Counted from the first letter of the stretch, positions 1 through 9,853 are shown. The stretch: 64,000 nt of DNA from an uncultured Candidatus Rokubacteria bacterium (GCA_963758635.1 CAVWWD010000005.1:480001-544000); one strand, 5' to 3'. Numbers and translations: made by a program. Notes: a model not told the origin generated them from the letters alone.

Positions 1-1
1 C

Positions 2-592
2 GTCTTCGCGGGCCAGGCCTCGCCCGGCATCCACGTCGCGTTCCGCGCGGCCCGCCGGCCGATCCCGATCCACTTCGGCGGCGTGGCGCTGGAGACCGCC
101 GCGCTGGCCGGGGAGATCGCCGACGGCCTCATGCTCTACCTGGCCACGCCGGCGCGGGCCCGGCAGATCGTCGACCGGATGGCCGACGCGGCGCGACGCG
201 CGGGCCGCGCGCCCGGCGCGATGCAGGTGACGCTGCTCGTGCCGACGTTCCTCTCCGACCGGCTGGACGAGGCCCGCGAGGCGGCCCGCGTGTTCCTCTC
301 GCGCTACGCGCCCCGCTCGCTCTACGCGAGGATGTTCCGGCGCTCCGGGTTCGATGCCGAGGTGGACGCCATGACCGCGGCGCTGGCGCGCGGCGATTCA
401 GCCGGCGTCCAGGCTGCGATCACGGATCGGATGCTCGACGAGGTCCTGCTCGTGGGCCCGATGGCGCGCTGCCGCGAACGGCTGGCCGCCTTCCACGAGG
501 CGGGCATCGACTACCCGCTGCTCGCACCCCAGCCGGTGGAGGAAGCCGCGGAAACGGCGGGCATGCGCGTGCTCACGGCGTTCGCCCGCTGA
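2..592 (+). CDS. LLM-class flavin-dependent oxidoreductase (5' truncated by window edge)
   Basis: Frame is open from the window start; PIPIHFGG...ALAGEIADG and C-terminal LVGPMARCRERLAAFHEAG are typical of luciferase-like monooxygenases. Confidence 0.8.
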   Translation, partial: VFAGQASPGIHVAFRAARRPIPIHFGGVALETAALAGEIADGLMLYLATPARARQIVDRMADAARRAGRAPGAMQVTLLVPTFLSDRLDEAREAARVFLSRYAPRSLYARMFRRSGFDAEVDAMTAALARGDSAGVQAAITDRMLDEVLLVGPMARCRERLAAFHEAGIDYPLLAPQPVEEAAETAGMRVLTAFAR

Positions 593-613
593 CGCGCGCT
601 GGTGCCCGCTCGC

Positions 614-738
614 CTACGACTTCATCGCGTCGTAGAGACACCCGCCTCCCGCTGCCCGAGGAGACTCACCGCGCGCGTGTCGGCGAAGGGGAGAATCTGC
701 GTCATGATCAGCCCCGTCATGCGCTTGGCCGGATCCAC
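614..738 (-). pseudogene. C-terminal remnant of a beta-lactamase-family serine hydrolase
   Basis: Hand translation VDPAKRMTGLIMTQILPFADTRAVSLLGQREAGV/YDAMKS* (one frameshift) resembles the EstB-type hydrolase C-terminus. Confidence 0.5.
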
Positions 739-1719
739 TCATTCGATGATCCGGTCGGCGCGGGCCAGCACCGATTGCGGGAGGGTGACCCCGAGCGCTC
801 TCGCGGCGCGCATGTTGATCACCATCTCGATCCTCGACGGCTGCTCGACCGGGATCTCGCCCGCCTTCGCGCCCTTGAGGATCCGGTCGACGAAGTGGGC
901 GAGGCGGACATAGCACTCCTCGAGGCTCGGCCCGTACGTCATCAGGTTGCCCTTCTCTGCGAAGACCGCCCAGGACGACAAGGCCGGAACGCGGTGCCGC
1001 TGGGACAGCTCGGCGAAGCGCCCCGCGTGCGCGGTCATGATCGCGTCGGCGAAGGCAAGGAGCGCCTGGGCGCGCGACTGCGCGGCCCTGTCGTAGGCCG
1101 CCACGAGGTCGGCCTCCGACGCCACGGGGTAGTACTGATGGTCGAGCCCGAGTTTCGCGGCGCCGTCGGCCGCGGCCTGCACCTCCATCCGCTCGCCGGC
1201 ATGGTGTGGCGACCCGACGATCGCGACGCGCTTCAGCCCCGGAATGCTGTCGCGCAGCAGCTCCAGGCGTTTCGGCACGAGCTCCAGCGAGAAGAACGAG
1301 ATCCCGGTGCGATTCCCGCCGGGCCGGGCGTAGCTCTCGGCGATCTTGCCGATCACCACGTCCCCGCTGAACGTGAACACCAGCGGCACCGGGACCCCGG
1401 CGTCGACGAGCAGGCGGGAGCTCGCTCCGCCGGCGGTAACGATGACGTCGGGGCGGCTGGCGACGATCTCCGGGATGAGCTTTCTCATGCGCTCGCCCGA
1501 GCCCTCCGCCCACCAGGGCTCGAGAGCGAGGTTCCGTCCCTCGGTCCAGCCCTGGTCACGCAAGCCGCGACGGAAGCTGACGAAGAACGGCGAAGCTGGG
1601 TCGGCGCGCTCCATGGATGCCCACGCGACGCGCGCCGTGCGGGCCGGCTGTGCGAACGCCGCGTTCACGGCAAGGAACGGCCCGAGAGCGAGCGAAACGC
1701 AGAAGTCCCGGCGGTCCAT
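739..1719 (-). CDS. ABC transporter substrate-binding protein (ABC_sub_bind family)
   Basis: Starts MDRRDF; ARPGGNRTG, KRLELL and DRILKGAKAGEIPVEQPSRIEMVIN...LARADRIIE signatures. Confidence 0.9.
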   Translation of the reverse strand: MDRRDFCVSLALGPFLAVNAAFAQPARTARVAWASMERADPASPFFVSFRRGLRDQGWTEGRNLALEPWWAEGSGERMRKLIPEIVASRPDVIVTAGGASSRLLVDAGVPVPLVFTFSGDVVIGKIAESYARPGGNRTGISFFSLELVPKRLELLRDSIPGLKRVAIVGSPHHAGERMEVQAAADGAAKLGLDHQYYPVASEADLVAAYDRAAQSRAQALLAFADAIMTAHAGRFAELSQRHRVPALSSWAVFAEKGNLMTYGPSLEECYVRLAHFVDRILKGAKAGEIPVEQPSRIEMVINMRAARALGVTLPQSVLARADRIIE

Positions 1720-1860
1720 GGGGCCTCCCCTCACGACATCGCGCGCCAGAGCACACGAGCGCTTCCTGTCCGCGGCGTCCGGTCCGGGCTCATGCGTCGG
1801 ACGAGCAAGCTTCGCGGACATGATACTCCGCCACCATGGCACGGGGACGGCCCGCGTCAC

Positions 1861-2187
1861 CTAGCCGGAGTCTCCTTCGGCAGCCGACCGGCCCCGGAGC
1901 ACCGCGACGGTGGCACCCCAGCCGCCGCGCTCGGCGGGCGCGTCGAAGAAGCGCAGGACGAGCGGATGGTCGCGCAGGAGGGCCTGCACCGCCGCGCGCT
2001 GGACGCCCTTGCCCCGGCCGTGGATGATGCGCACCTCGGTGAAGCCGCGCTCGGCGGCGGCGTGGAGGTACTCGTCGACCACCGACAGCACGTCCCGCGG
2101 GGCGAACGTGTGCAGGTCGAGCGAGTCCTCGATGGGGAGGGAGACGGGCTCGTCGTCCTCCGGCGGAGACGGAGGCTCGGCCGTCAT
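1861..2187 (-). CDS. Smr/MutS2 C-terminal domain protein
   Basis: LDLH, IIHGRGKG and GGWGATV motifs. Confidence 0.9.
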   Translation of the reverse strand: MTAEPPSPPEDDEPVSLPIEDSLDLHTFAPRDVLSVVDEYLHAAAERGFTEVRIIHGRGKGVQRAAVQALLRDHPLVLRFFDAPAERGGWGATVAVLRGRSAAEGDSG

Positions 2188-2245
2188 GCGAGGGGCAAGG
2201 CCGGACCGCTGGCGCGGACGCGACCAGCGGGCCGCGGCCCGGACA

Positions 2246-3667
2246 TCAGGCGACGGGCGGCCGCCGGGCGTGCCAGTCGGTGACGCGCTGGTAGGCGTCG
2301 GCGACGCGCAGGACCGTCGCCTCGTCGAACGGGCGCCCGACGATCTGGAGGCCCACGGGTAGCCCGTCCGGCGTCAGCCCGCACGGGATCGACGCGACGG
2401 GATGGCCGGTGACGTTGAACGGCCGCGTGAAGCGGATGAGGCTCCCCCGCACCGGCATCCGGCCGGTCCCCACGACGGCCTCGGCCTCGCCCACGGCGGG
2501 CGCGGCGATCGGCGTGGTGGGCGAGACGAGCACGTCCAGCGTGGCGAGCCGCGCGTCGACCTCGTCGCGCAGCACCGCGCGCGCCCGCTGGGCCTTCAGG
2601 TAGTCGGCCGCGGCCACGAAGGCGCCCACCCGGATGCGCTCGCGGACGTCGTCCGCGTAGTCGGCGGGCCGCGCCTTGATCCACTCCTCGTGGTAGGCGT
2701 AGGCCTCGGCGGAGATGATCGGGGCGGCCGCGGACGCGGCGAGGCCGAGCGTCCCGAGCGTCACGTCCTGCACGGAGGCGCCGAGGCCTTCGAGCGCGCG
2801 GAGCGCCTCCTCGATCACCGGGACGAGGGCGGGCGCGGTGGCGTCCAGGAAGCCGGCGCGGAGCACGCCGACGCGGAGGCCCTTCACGTTGCCGGTGAGG
2901 GCCGCCGTGTAGTCCGGCACGGGCAGCACGCTGGTGGTGGGATCGCGCGGGTCGTACCCCGCCATCGCGCCCAGCAGCAGGGCGCAGTCGGCCGCGGTCC
3001 GGCACATCGGGCCCACGTGATCCAGCGACCACGCCAGCGGCAGCACGCCGGCGCGGCTCACCCGCCCGTACGTCGGCTTGATGCCGCTGATCCCGCAGAG
3101 CGCCGACGGGATGCGGATCGAGCCGCCGGTGTCCGAGCCGAGCGCGCCCGCGCAGAGGGCCGCCGCCACCGCCGCCCCCGAGCCCGACGACGATCCGCCG
3201 CACATGCGGTGCGTGGTCGCGTCCCACGGGTTCCAGGGCGTTCCGTAGTGCGGATTCAGCCCCTCGGGCCCGTAGGCGAACTCGTGCATGTTGAGCTTGC
3301 CCAGCGAGATCGCGCCCGCCGCGGCCAGGCGCGCGGCCACCGTGGCGTCCTGGGCCGGCACGTTGTCGGCGAGGATGCGTGAGCCGCCGGTGGTGCGGAC
3401 GCCGCGCGTGGACACCAGGTCCTTGAGCGCGATGGGCACGCCGCAGAGCGGCCCGCGAGCGCCTGCCGACGTCACCTGCGCCTCCGCGGCCTTGGCCGCC
3501 GCCCGCGCAGCGTCGGCGGTGACCGTGATGAAGGCGCGGAGCTTGCCGTCCAGCGCCTCGATGCGGTCGAGGTAGGCCTGCACGACCTCGACCGGCGACA
3601 CGTCGCGCGCCGCGATCAGCCGCGCGAGCTCGGCGGCGGACTTCCAGACGAGGTCCTGGTCGGCCAT
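2246..3667 (-). CDS. Amidase signature family protein (GatA/AtzE-like)
   Basis: GVPIALKD, GGSSSGSG and GSDTGGSIRIP (Ser-cisSer-Lys triad). Confidence 0.92.
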   Translation of the reverse strand: MADQDLVWKSAAELARLIAARDVSPVEVVQAYLDRIEALDGKLRAFITVTADAARAAAKAAEAQVTSAGARGPLCGVPIALKDLVSTRGVRTTGGSRILADNVPAQDATVAARLAAAGAISLGKLNMHEFAYGPEGLNPHYGTPWNPWDATTHRMCGGSSSGSGAAVAAALCAGALGSDTGGSIRIPSALCGISGIKPTYGRVSRAGVLPLAWSLDHVGPMCRTAADCALLLGAMAGYDPRDPTTSVLPVPDYTAALTGNVKGLRVGVLRAGFLDATAPALVPVIEEALRALEGLGASVQDVTLGTLGLAASAAAPIISAEAYAYHEEWIKARPADYADDVRERIRVGAFVAAADYLKAQRARAVLRDEVDARLATLDVLVSPTTPIAAPAVGEAEAVVGTGRMPVRGSLIRFTRPFNVTGHPVASIPCGLTPDGLPVGLQIVGRPFDEATVLRVADAYQRVTDWHARRPPVA

Positions 3668-3677
3668 GCGCCGCGGG

Positions 3678-3852
3678 CTAGAGCATCCGGTACTGCGAGG
3701 CGGGCTCGCCGTCGCCCAGCGGCGGGAGCGAGGCGGCGAGCACGCGGCCCGCTTCCACGAGGGGCAGCAGGCTCGCGAGCTCGGCGTCGGTCAGGGCGAG
3801 CGCCGCGCTCGGCGGCGAGGACACGGAGCGCGTCGAGGGTGAGCGGCGTCAT
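3678..3852 (-). CDS. Small GatC/AtzG-like amidase partner (~57 aa; 1-nt insertion)
   Basis: MTPLTLDALRVLAAERG/LALTDAELASLL...GDGEPASQYRML* lies immediately upstream of the amidase; +1 indel near 3805. Confidence 0.55.
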
Positions 3853-3914
3853 GGCGCGAGGATATCGGCTCGACTGCGGATTGACAAGCCGCGTGCCGCC
3901 GCGCCGACTCCGGA

Positions 3915-3942
3915 TTGACAAGCCCGACGCCGCCGCGATAAT
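3915..3942 (+). promoter_or_regulatory. Sigma70-type promoter, leaderless configuration
   Basis: TTGACA 3915-3920, 16-nt spacer, GATAAT 3937-3942, ATG 6 nt downstream. Confidence 0.6.
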
Positions 3943-3948
3943 GCGGCC

Positions 3949-4356
3949 ATGCCCATCACGAGCGATCTCTCGACGTGGCTCGACGACTTCTCGGCCCTCG
4001 TGCGCGCCCGCGACTTCGACGGCGGCCGTCGCATGTTCGCCTCCGACGCCGTGGCCTTCGGGACCTGGGCCCGCGCCGTGTCCGGGCTCGACAACATCGT
4101 GCGCGAGCAATGGCAGAACGTGTGGCCGCGCATCCGGAACTTCCGCTTCGACGATCCGGCGGGCGCGCTGGCCGGCGACGCCGGATGGGTGGCGGCGAGC
4201 TGGTCGTCCGACGCCACCGGGCCCGACGGCCAGGCGTTCATGCGCCACGGCCGCGCCACGTTCGTCCTCGCGCGCCGCGACGGCCGCTGGGTCGCCGTCC
4301 ACAGTCACGTCTCGCTGCTCCCCACCCAGTCCGAGAGCGCTCACGGCCGTCTCTGA
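3949..4356 (+). CDS. SnoaL/NTF2-like family protein
   Basis: 135 aa; GRATFVLARRDGRWVAVHSHVS is a typical SnoaL C-terminus. Confidence 0.8.
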   Translation: MPITSDLSTWLDDFSALVRARDFDGGRRMFASDAVAFGTWARAVSGLDNIVREQWQNVWPRIRNFRFDDPAGALAGDAGWVAASWSSDATGPDGQAFMRHGRATFVLARRDGRWVAVHSHVSLLPTQSESAHGRL

Positions 4357-4403
4357 CCGTCCGCCGCTCCGGCGCCGCGGCAGGGTCACAGCGCAGCGCC
4401 CGG

Positions 4404-4979
4404 TCAGCGGATCTGGCGGTACCGGAAGCAGTCCACGAGGTGGTCGTTGACCATGCCCGTGGCCTGCATGAACGCGTAGCAGATGGTGGAGCCCACGAAG
4501 CGGAAGCCGCGCTGCGCGAGATCCCGGCTCATCGCGTCCGACGCAGCCGTGCGCGCGGGCACACCGCGGAGCGTCTTCCGCGCGTTCCGGATGGGCCGCC
4601 CGCCGACGAAGCCCCAGACGTAGGCGGCGAAGCTGCCGAACTCGCGCTGGACCTCGAGGAAGGCCTGGGCATTGCCGATGGTGGACGCGACCTTCAGCCG
4701 GTTCCGCACGATGCCGGGATCGGCGAGGAGCCGTTCCACCTTCCGCGCGTCGTAGCGCGCGATGCGCCCGGCGTCGAAGCCGTCGAACGCGCGCCGGTAG
4801 CCCTCCCGCTTGCCCAGGATCGTCTCCCACGAGAGGCCGGCCTGCGCGCCCTCCAGGATCAGCATCTCGAAGAGGCGCCGGTCGTCGCGCAGCGGCACGC
4901 CCCACTCGCGGTCGTGGTACTCGATCGAGGCCTCGGTGCGCGCCCACCCGCACCGCCGCCGCTCGGCGCGGGCGGTCAC
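4404..4979 (-). CDS. tag: DNA-3-methyladenine glycosylase I
   Basis: RCGW, YHDREWG, LEGAQAGLSW, IVRNRLK and NDHLVDC motifs. Confidence 0.95.
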   Translation of the reverse strand: MTARAERRRCGWARTEASIEYHDREWGVPLRDDRRLFEMLILEGAQAGLSWETILGKREGYRRAFDGFDAGRIARYDARKVERLLADPGIVRNRLKVASTIGNAQAFLEVQREFGSFAAYVWGFVGGRPIRNARKTLRGVPARTAASDAMSRDLAQRGFRFVGSTICYAFMQATGMVNDHLVDCFRYRQIR

Positions 4980-5902
4980 GATGCGCGGCGCCGGCGGCGC
5001 CCTCGAACCCGGCGAGGAGGGTCGCGGCCTTCGCCTTCACCGCGGCGACGTTCCTGAGCTTCACGTCCTCGTAGCCGCGGATGTCCTCGGGGAGCGCCGC
5101 CACCTCGGCGACCCGGCCCGCGGTGTCCGGCGCGAGCCGCGCCAGCGCCCGCGCGAGCGTGTCCCGGTACCACGGGACCAGCCGGCGCTCCTCGCGGCGG
5201 ACCCGCGCGAGCCCGCACGGGTCGAGCGGCGTGCCGCGAAGCCGCCGGCCCGCGCGCAGCAGCCGGAGGGCCGGCGTGAACCACGGCCCGAGCGCGAGCT
5301 TCCTGTCCATCCCGAGGGCGCGAAGCATCGGCGGATGGAAGTGGTACGTGACGCGGGTCGGCGACGTGAAGATCCGGCGCGTGTCCCGCCGGATCCACGG
5401 CAGGAGGTGAAGCCGCGCCACTTCGTACTCGTCCTTGTAGGCCATGAGCTTGTGGAGGCCCCGGATGGCCGCATGCGTGATGGCGCCGGTCGTGCCCAGC
5501 GCCGCGCGCTCGCGGCCGGCGACCTCGCAGCAGCGCGTCCACGTAGCGCCCAGCGTAGCGGACGTCCTGGTAGTCGATCAGCTCGGCGATCCGGATCGCC
5601 ACGAGCCGCCGCGACTCCTCGTCGAGGTCGGCGCACCGCGCGGCGAGATCGGCATGAGCGCGGCGGCCCCGCGCCGAGAGCGGCGCGAGCGACCGGGCCA
5701 GCCGCTCCTCGTACGGCGGCAGGTCGGGCGGGGAGCCGGGGTAGCCCGACACGAACGTGCCGATCCTGAGCCCCGCCTTCCGGTCCCGGCGGTTCTGGTC
5801 GAGCGGCAGACGCACGAGCGCCTGCACGCCCGAGAGGTAGACGAGGCCCTTGTCGCGGAGGTAGCGGTCGTCGAGGGTGATCGGCTCGGCCCGCGTCGTC
5901 AC
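4976..5902 (-). pseudogene. Internally deleted indolepyruvate ferredoxin oxidoreductase-family gene (N-terminal ~58 aa joined to the C-terminal domain); frameshifted
   Basis: LDDRY...LSGVQALVRLPLDQ...FVSGYPGSP is joined directly to ELIDYQD...KLMAYKDEYEVARL...IRGYEDVK; indel near 5525. Confidence 0.7.
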
Positions 5903-5968
5903 AGGGTCTCCGTCAGCGCCTGATGTCGGTCCGAAGCCAAGGCGCCCTATGTGGCCGTGCCGCTACGG

Positions 5969-6009
5969 AAAAGCGCGGGGCCGGAGCCCGGACAGGCCCC
6001 GGCCCCGCG
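5969..6009 (-). terminator. Intrinsic terminator after oppA
   Basis: GC hairpin (cgcggggccgg...ccggccccgcg) followed by a T run on the minus strand. Confidence 0.55.
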
Positions 6010-6017
6010 AGCGGGAT

Positions 6018-7748
6018 CTAGCCCTTCTCGACCATGTAGAGGTTGCGCAGCATGTTGATGTAGATGTTGCCGTCCACCACGAGCTGCCCCTGCTTGTTCT
6101 TCTCGATGCCCCGGACCCAGGGCTTGGCCGCCGCGTACCGGATGACCCAGGCCACGGGCACGTAGCCCACGTCCTGCTGCATGAGCTCCTCGGCCCGCTT
6201 GTAGTGGTCCAGGCGCTTCTTCGGGTCGCGCGTGTCCCGGCCGGCTTCCAGCTCCTTGTCGAAGGCGTCGTTGACCCAGGCCTGGCGCTTGCCCGTCGTG
6301 CGCTTGCCGTAGAACGTGTCGAAGTACTCGTTGTGCGGGTCCGGGTAGTCCATGAACCAGCGGATCCACACGAACTGGAGGTCCTGCTTCCACAGCCGCT
6401 CGCGGAACACGCGCTGCTCGAGCACCTCCAGATCCGTCTTCATGTTGAGGCTGTCCAGCAGCACGGCCTGCACCGCCTCGGCAAGGGGCTTGCTGCCCAG
6501 CCCCTCCTCGCGCATCGACAGCGTGATCTTCGGCCAGTTCTTGCCGCCCTCGAACGGCGTGCCCTTGAGCTGCTCGATCGCGAGCTTCTTGTCGTACTTC
6601 TGGATGGCCTTGATCTTCGCGTCGTCGAGCGCGCCCGGGAAGCCGGGCGGGATCATCGACCACGCGGGGGTGGCGAAGCCCTGGCTCACCTTGACCACGT
6701 TCTCGCGGTCGATGGCGTGGGCCACCGCCCGCCGCACCTTGACGTTGTCGAACGGCGGCTTGGTGACCTGCGGCAGGAGGTACCAGGTGCCCGGGTACGG
6801 ATAGACGAACACGTCCTTCTGCATGCGCGGGTCGGACTGGAGCTTCTTCAGGTCGCCCGACTGGAGCCACGTCATGTCGAGCTCGTTGTTCTCGTAGGGC
6901 AGCGCCCCCGCCTGGAGCGGGATGATCGGGATCACGACCTTGTCCAGCGTGATGTTCTTCGCGTCGAAGAAGTGGGGGTTCTTCCTGAGCACCATCTGCT
7001 TGTGATGCTCCCACTGCTCGAGGATGAACGGCCCGTTGGACACGATGTTGCCGGCCTCCGTCCACTTGTCCCCGTGCTTCTCCACGGCGCCCCGATGGGC
7101 GGGGAGCGCCGCGATGTACGCGGCGAGCACCGGGAAGTAGCCGCGCGGGCCCTCGAGCGTCACCTCGAGCGTCCAGTCGTCCTTGGCCTTCACGCCGACC
7201 TCGGCGGCGTCCTTCATCGTGCCCTTGTTGAACGCCTCGCCGTTCTTGAGGTCGTAGAGGAAGGCCGCGTAGGGCGCCTTCGACTCCGGGTCGAGCTGGC
7301 GCTTCCACGACCACTCGAAGTCCTGGGCGCGGACCGGCGCGTTGTCGGACCAGCGGCTGTCCTTCCGGATCGTGAACGTCCAGGCGGAGCCGTCCTTGTT
7401 GCTCTGCACCTTGCTCGCCAGGTACGGCTCGGCAACAAAATCGACGTTGAACGTCATGAGTCCGGCGAAGAGCGACGGCACGCCGGAGCAGTACAGGTTC
7501 TTGTTGTAGTCGTGGCTGGAGGGATCCTGCTGCCAGGAGCCCCCTCCCCCCATCCGGAAGACCTGCTCCCGGGCGAGCTTCTCGCCGGGCTTGAGCTGCG
7601 GCTTCGCCGCCTCGGCGGGGCGAGTGGAGAAGCCGAGCCCTCCGAAGGCGGCCATCGCGCCGACCACGCCGAGGAAGTGGCGCCGATCCAGGCCGATGGC
7701 GGCCAGGCGCTCGGACATGAGCTCGAGCTGTTCGTCGGGAATGCGCAT
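6018..7748 (-). CDS. oppA: Peptide ABC transporter substrate-binding protein (family 5), Tat-like signal
   Basis: DRRHFL signal; WSDNAPVRAQDF, SNGPF and VRRAVAHAIDRE motifs. Confidence 0.9.
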   Translation of the reverse strand: MRIPDEQLELMSERLAAIGLDRRHFLGVVGAMAAFGGLGFSTRPAEAAKPQLKPGEKLAREQVFRMGGGGSWQQDPSSHDYNKNLYCSGVPSLFAGLMTFNVDFVAEPYLASKVQSNKDGSAWTFTIRKDSRWSDNAPVRAQDFEWSWKRQLDPESKAPYAAFLYDLKNGEAFNKGTMKDAAEVGVKAKDDWTLEVTLEGPRGYFPVLAAYIAALPAHRGAVEKHGDKWTEAGNIVSNGPFILEQWEHHKQMVLRKNPHFFDAKNITLDKVVIPIIPLQAGALPYENNELDMTWLQSGDLKKLQSDPRMQKDVFVYPYPGTWYLLPQVTKPPFDNVKVRRAVAHAIDRENVVKVSQGFATPAWSMIPPGFPGALDDAKIKAIQKYDKKLAIEQLKGTPFEGGKNWPKITLSMREEGLGSKPLAEAVQAVLLDSLNMKTDLEVLEQRVFRERLWKQDLQFVWIRWFMDYPDPHNEYFDTFYGKRTTGKRQAWVNDAFDKELEAGRDTRDPKKRLDHYKRAEELMQQDVGYVPVAWVIRYAAAKPWVRGIEKNKQGQLVVDGNIYINMLRNLYMVEKG

Positions 7749-7803
7749 ACGGAAGCCTCCTTGGTTGCCGCGTCCGCTATCGGACGACGGGGTTGATGTT
7801 CGT

Positions 7804-7978
7804 CGCGGCCGCCGTCGGCGGTCGTGTCCACGGCATTTCCATGACCCTCGCGGCCGCCGTCGGCGGTCGTGTCCACGGCATTTCCATGACCCTCGCGGCC
7901 GCCGTCGGCGGTCGTGTCCACGGCATTTCCATGACCCTCGCGGCCGCCGTCGGCGGTCGTGTCCACGGCATTTCCATA
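7804..7978 (-). repeat. Tandem array, 45-bp unit x ~4 (family A)
   Basis: Identical units start at 7804, 7849, 7894 and 7939; the minus strand reads ATGGAAATGCCGTGGACACGACCGCCGACGGCGGCCGCGAGGGTC. Confidence 0.97.
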
Positions 7979-8005
7979 ACCGTCGCCTCGCCTTCGGCTC
8001 GGCTC

Positions 8006-8908
8006 CTACTTCATTTTGGGGTCGAGGGCGTCTCGGACGCCGTCACCGAAGAAGGTGAACGCGAGCATCGTGATCCCGATGGCGATCGACGGGAACACGC
8101 AGAGGTGCCAGTACGAGCGCAGGTATTGCTGGTTCTCGCCGACCATCTGCCCCCAGGACGGGGTGGGCGGATTGATGCCCACGCCGATGAAGGACAGCGC
8201 GGCCTCGGTGAAGATCGCCTCGGGAATGCCGAAGCTCACCGCCACCACGATGGGCGTGAGCGCGCTGGGCAGCACGTGCCGTGTCATGACGCGGATGAAG
8301 CCGGCGCCGAGGGCCCGGGCGCCCTCGACGAACTCCTTCTCCTTGATCGAGAGCACCTGGGCGCGCGTCTGTCGGGCGATGCCGACCCAGCCGGTGAGGC
8401 CGATGGCGATGAAGATGTTGGTGAGCCCCGCCCCCAGCATCGACATGATGAGGATGACGAACAGCAGCCGGGGGAAGGCGTACATCACGTCGATGAAGCG
8501 GGTGAGCAGCAGGTCGATCCGGCCGCCCGACGTAGCCCGGCGACGAGGCCGATCGGCACGCCGATGGCGACCACGATCACCTGGGCGCCGAGGCCGACGA
8601 GCATCGACACCCGCGCCCCGTAGATCATGCGCGAGAGCATGTCGCGGCCGAGCTGATCCGTGCCGAGCGGGTACTCGCGCGTCGGCCCCTCGTTGAGGCG
8701 GCCGAAGTTCGGCTTCGTGTAGGAGTACGGGGCCACCCAGTCCGCGAAGATGGCGACGAGGCAGAGCACGATCACCACGCTGCCGCCCGCCACCGCCAGC
8801 TTGTTGCGGAGCAGGCGCCGCCAGGCGTCCTGCCAGAGGCTGGTGCCCCGGACGCGGGGCACCGCGATCGCGGGCAGGCGTCTCCTCGACGGCTGGGTGC
8901 GTCGCCAC
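8006..8908 (-). CDS. oppC: Peptide ABC transporter permease (frameshifted)
   Basis: SLWQDAWRRLLRNKLA and LGTDQLGRD in one frame; EFVEGARALGA and GDGVRDALDPK in another; indels near 8870 and 8530. Confidence 0.85.
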   Translation of the reverse strand: MATHPAVEETPARDRGAPRPGHQPLAGRLAAPAPQQAGGGGRQRGDRALPRRHLRGLGGPVLLHEAELRPPQRGADARVPARHGSARPRHALAHDLRGAGVDARRPRRPGDRGRHRRADRPRRRATSGGRIDLLLTRFIDVMYAFPRLLFVILIMSMLGAGLTNIFIAIGLTGWVGIARQTRAQVLSIKEKEFVEGARALGAGFIRVMTRHVLPSALTPIVVAVSFGIPEAIFTEAALSFIGVGINPPTPSWGQMVGENQQYLRSYWHLCVFPSIAIGITMLAFTFFGDGVRDALDPKMK

Positions 8909-8926
8909 GTCAGTCGCCCCATCGGG

Positions 8927-9853
8927 TCAGTACTTGATGCGGGGGTCGATGAACCCATACGCGAGGTCGACGAGCAGGTTCATGATGGCCAGGAAGACGC
9001 CGTAGATCAGCACCACCGCCATGATCATCGGGTAGTCGCGGCCGGTCATCGACTGGACGAAGAAGCGTCCCATGCCCGGCACGCGGAAGATGGACTCCAC
9101 GAAGAACGAGCCCGTGCCGATCGCCGCGAACATGGGCCCGAGGAGGGTCACCACCGGGATCAGCGCGTTCTTGAGCACGTGCTTGAGGACCACGGGCCGC
9201 TCGGCGAGGCCCTTGGCGCGCGCGGTGCGGATGTAGTCCGAGCGGATGACCTCGACCATGCTCGATCGGGTGAACCGGGCGATGATCCCGAGCGGGCCGA
9301 GGGCCAGCGCCACCGCGGGCAGGACCCAGTCGCGGGGCGAGCCCCATCCGCCGGTCGCGAACAGCGGGATGACGAACGAGAACAGCACGATCAGGAAGAC
9401 GGCGAGGACGAAGTTCGGCAGGCTCACGCCGAGCGTGGCCAGGCTCACGCACACGTAATCCCACGAGCGATTCTGGTAGACGGCGGCGAGGATCCCGAGG
9501 GCGACGCCCCCCGTCACCGCGATCGCGAGGGCGAGGCTCCCGAGGAGCAGCGACACCGGGAACGTGTCGACGATGATCTCCGACACGGTCCGCGTCTGGT
9601 AGATGAACGACTGCCCGAAGTCCCCGCGCACGATCTTGGTGAGGAAGATCCAGAACTGCTCGTAGAGGGGCTTGTCGAGCCCGTAGGCCCTGGCCAGGTT
9701 CTTCTGCGCCTCCGGAGACAGCGGGTTGGCCCCCTCGGCGACGGGGTCGAGGGGACTCCCGGGAGTGGCGTGCATCACCAGGAAGGTGACCAGCGCCATC
9801 GCGAGCAGCGTCGGGACCAGCCAAGCAAGGCGGTAGATCGCGTAGCCGAGCAC
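8927..9853 (-). CDS. oppB: Peptide ABC transporter permease
   Basis: YGLDKPL, GDFGQS, DYIRTARAKGL and DPRI motifs. Confidence 0.92.
   Translation of the reverse strand: MLGYAIYRLAWLVPTLLAMALVTFLVMHATPGSPLDPVAEGANPLSPEAQKNLARAYGLDKPLYEQFWIFLTKIVRGDFGQSFIYQTRTVSEIIVDTFPVSLLLGSLALAIAVTGGVALGILAAVYQNRSWDYVCVSLATLGVSLPNFVLAVFLIVLFSFVIPLFATGGWGSPRDWVLPAVALALGPLGIIARFTRSSMVEVIRSDYIRTARAKGLAERPVVLKHVLKNALIPVVTLLGPMFAAIGTGSFFVESIFRVPGMGRFFVQSMTGRDYPMIMAVVLIYGVFLAIMNLLVDLAYGFIDPRIKY

Noticed and set aside
2246..3667. Calling the amidase gatA
   Set aside because: No gatB is adjacent and it lacks the GatA-specific RYDG / EVKRRI segments
7454..7977. Repeat-peptide ORFs over the 45-bp and 57-bp arrays as RiPP precursors
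   Set aside because: No convincing RBS or leader and no modifying enzymes nearby; the open frames follow from unit lengths divisible by 3
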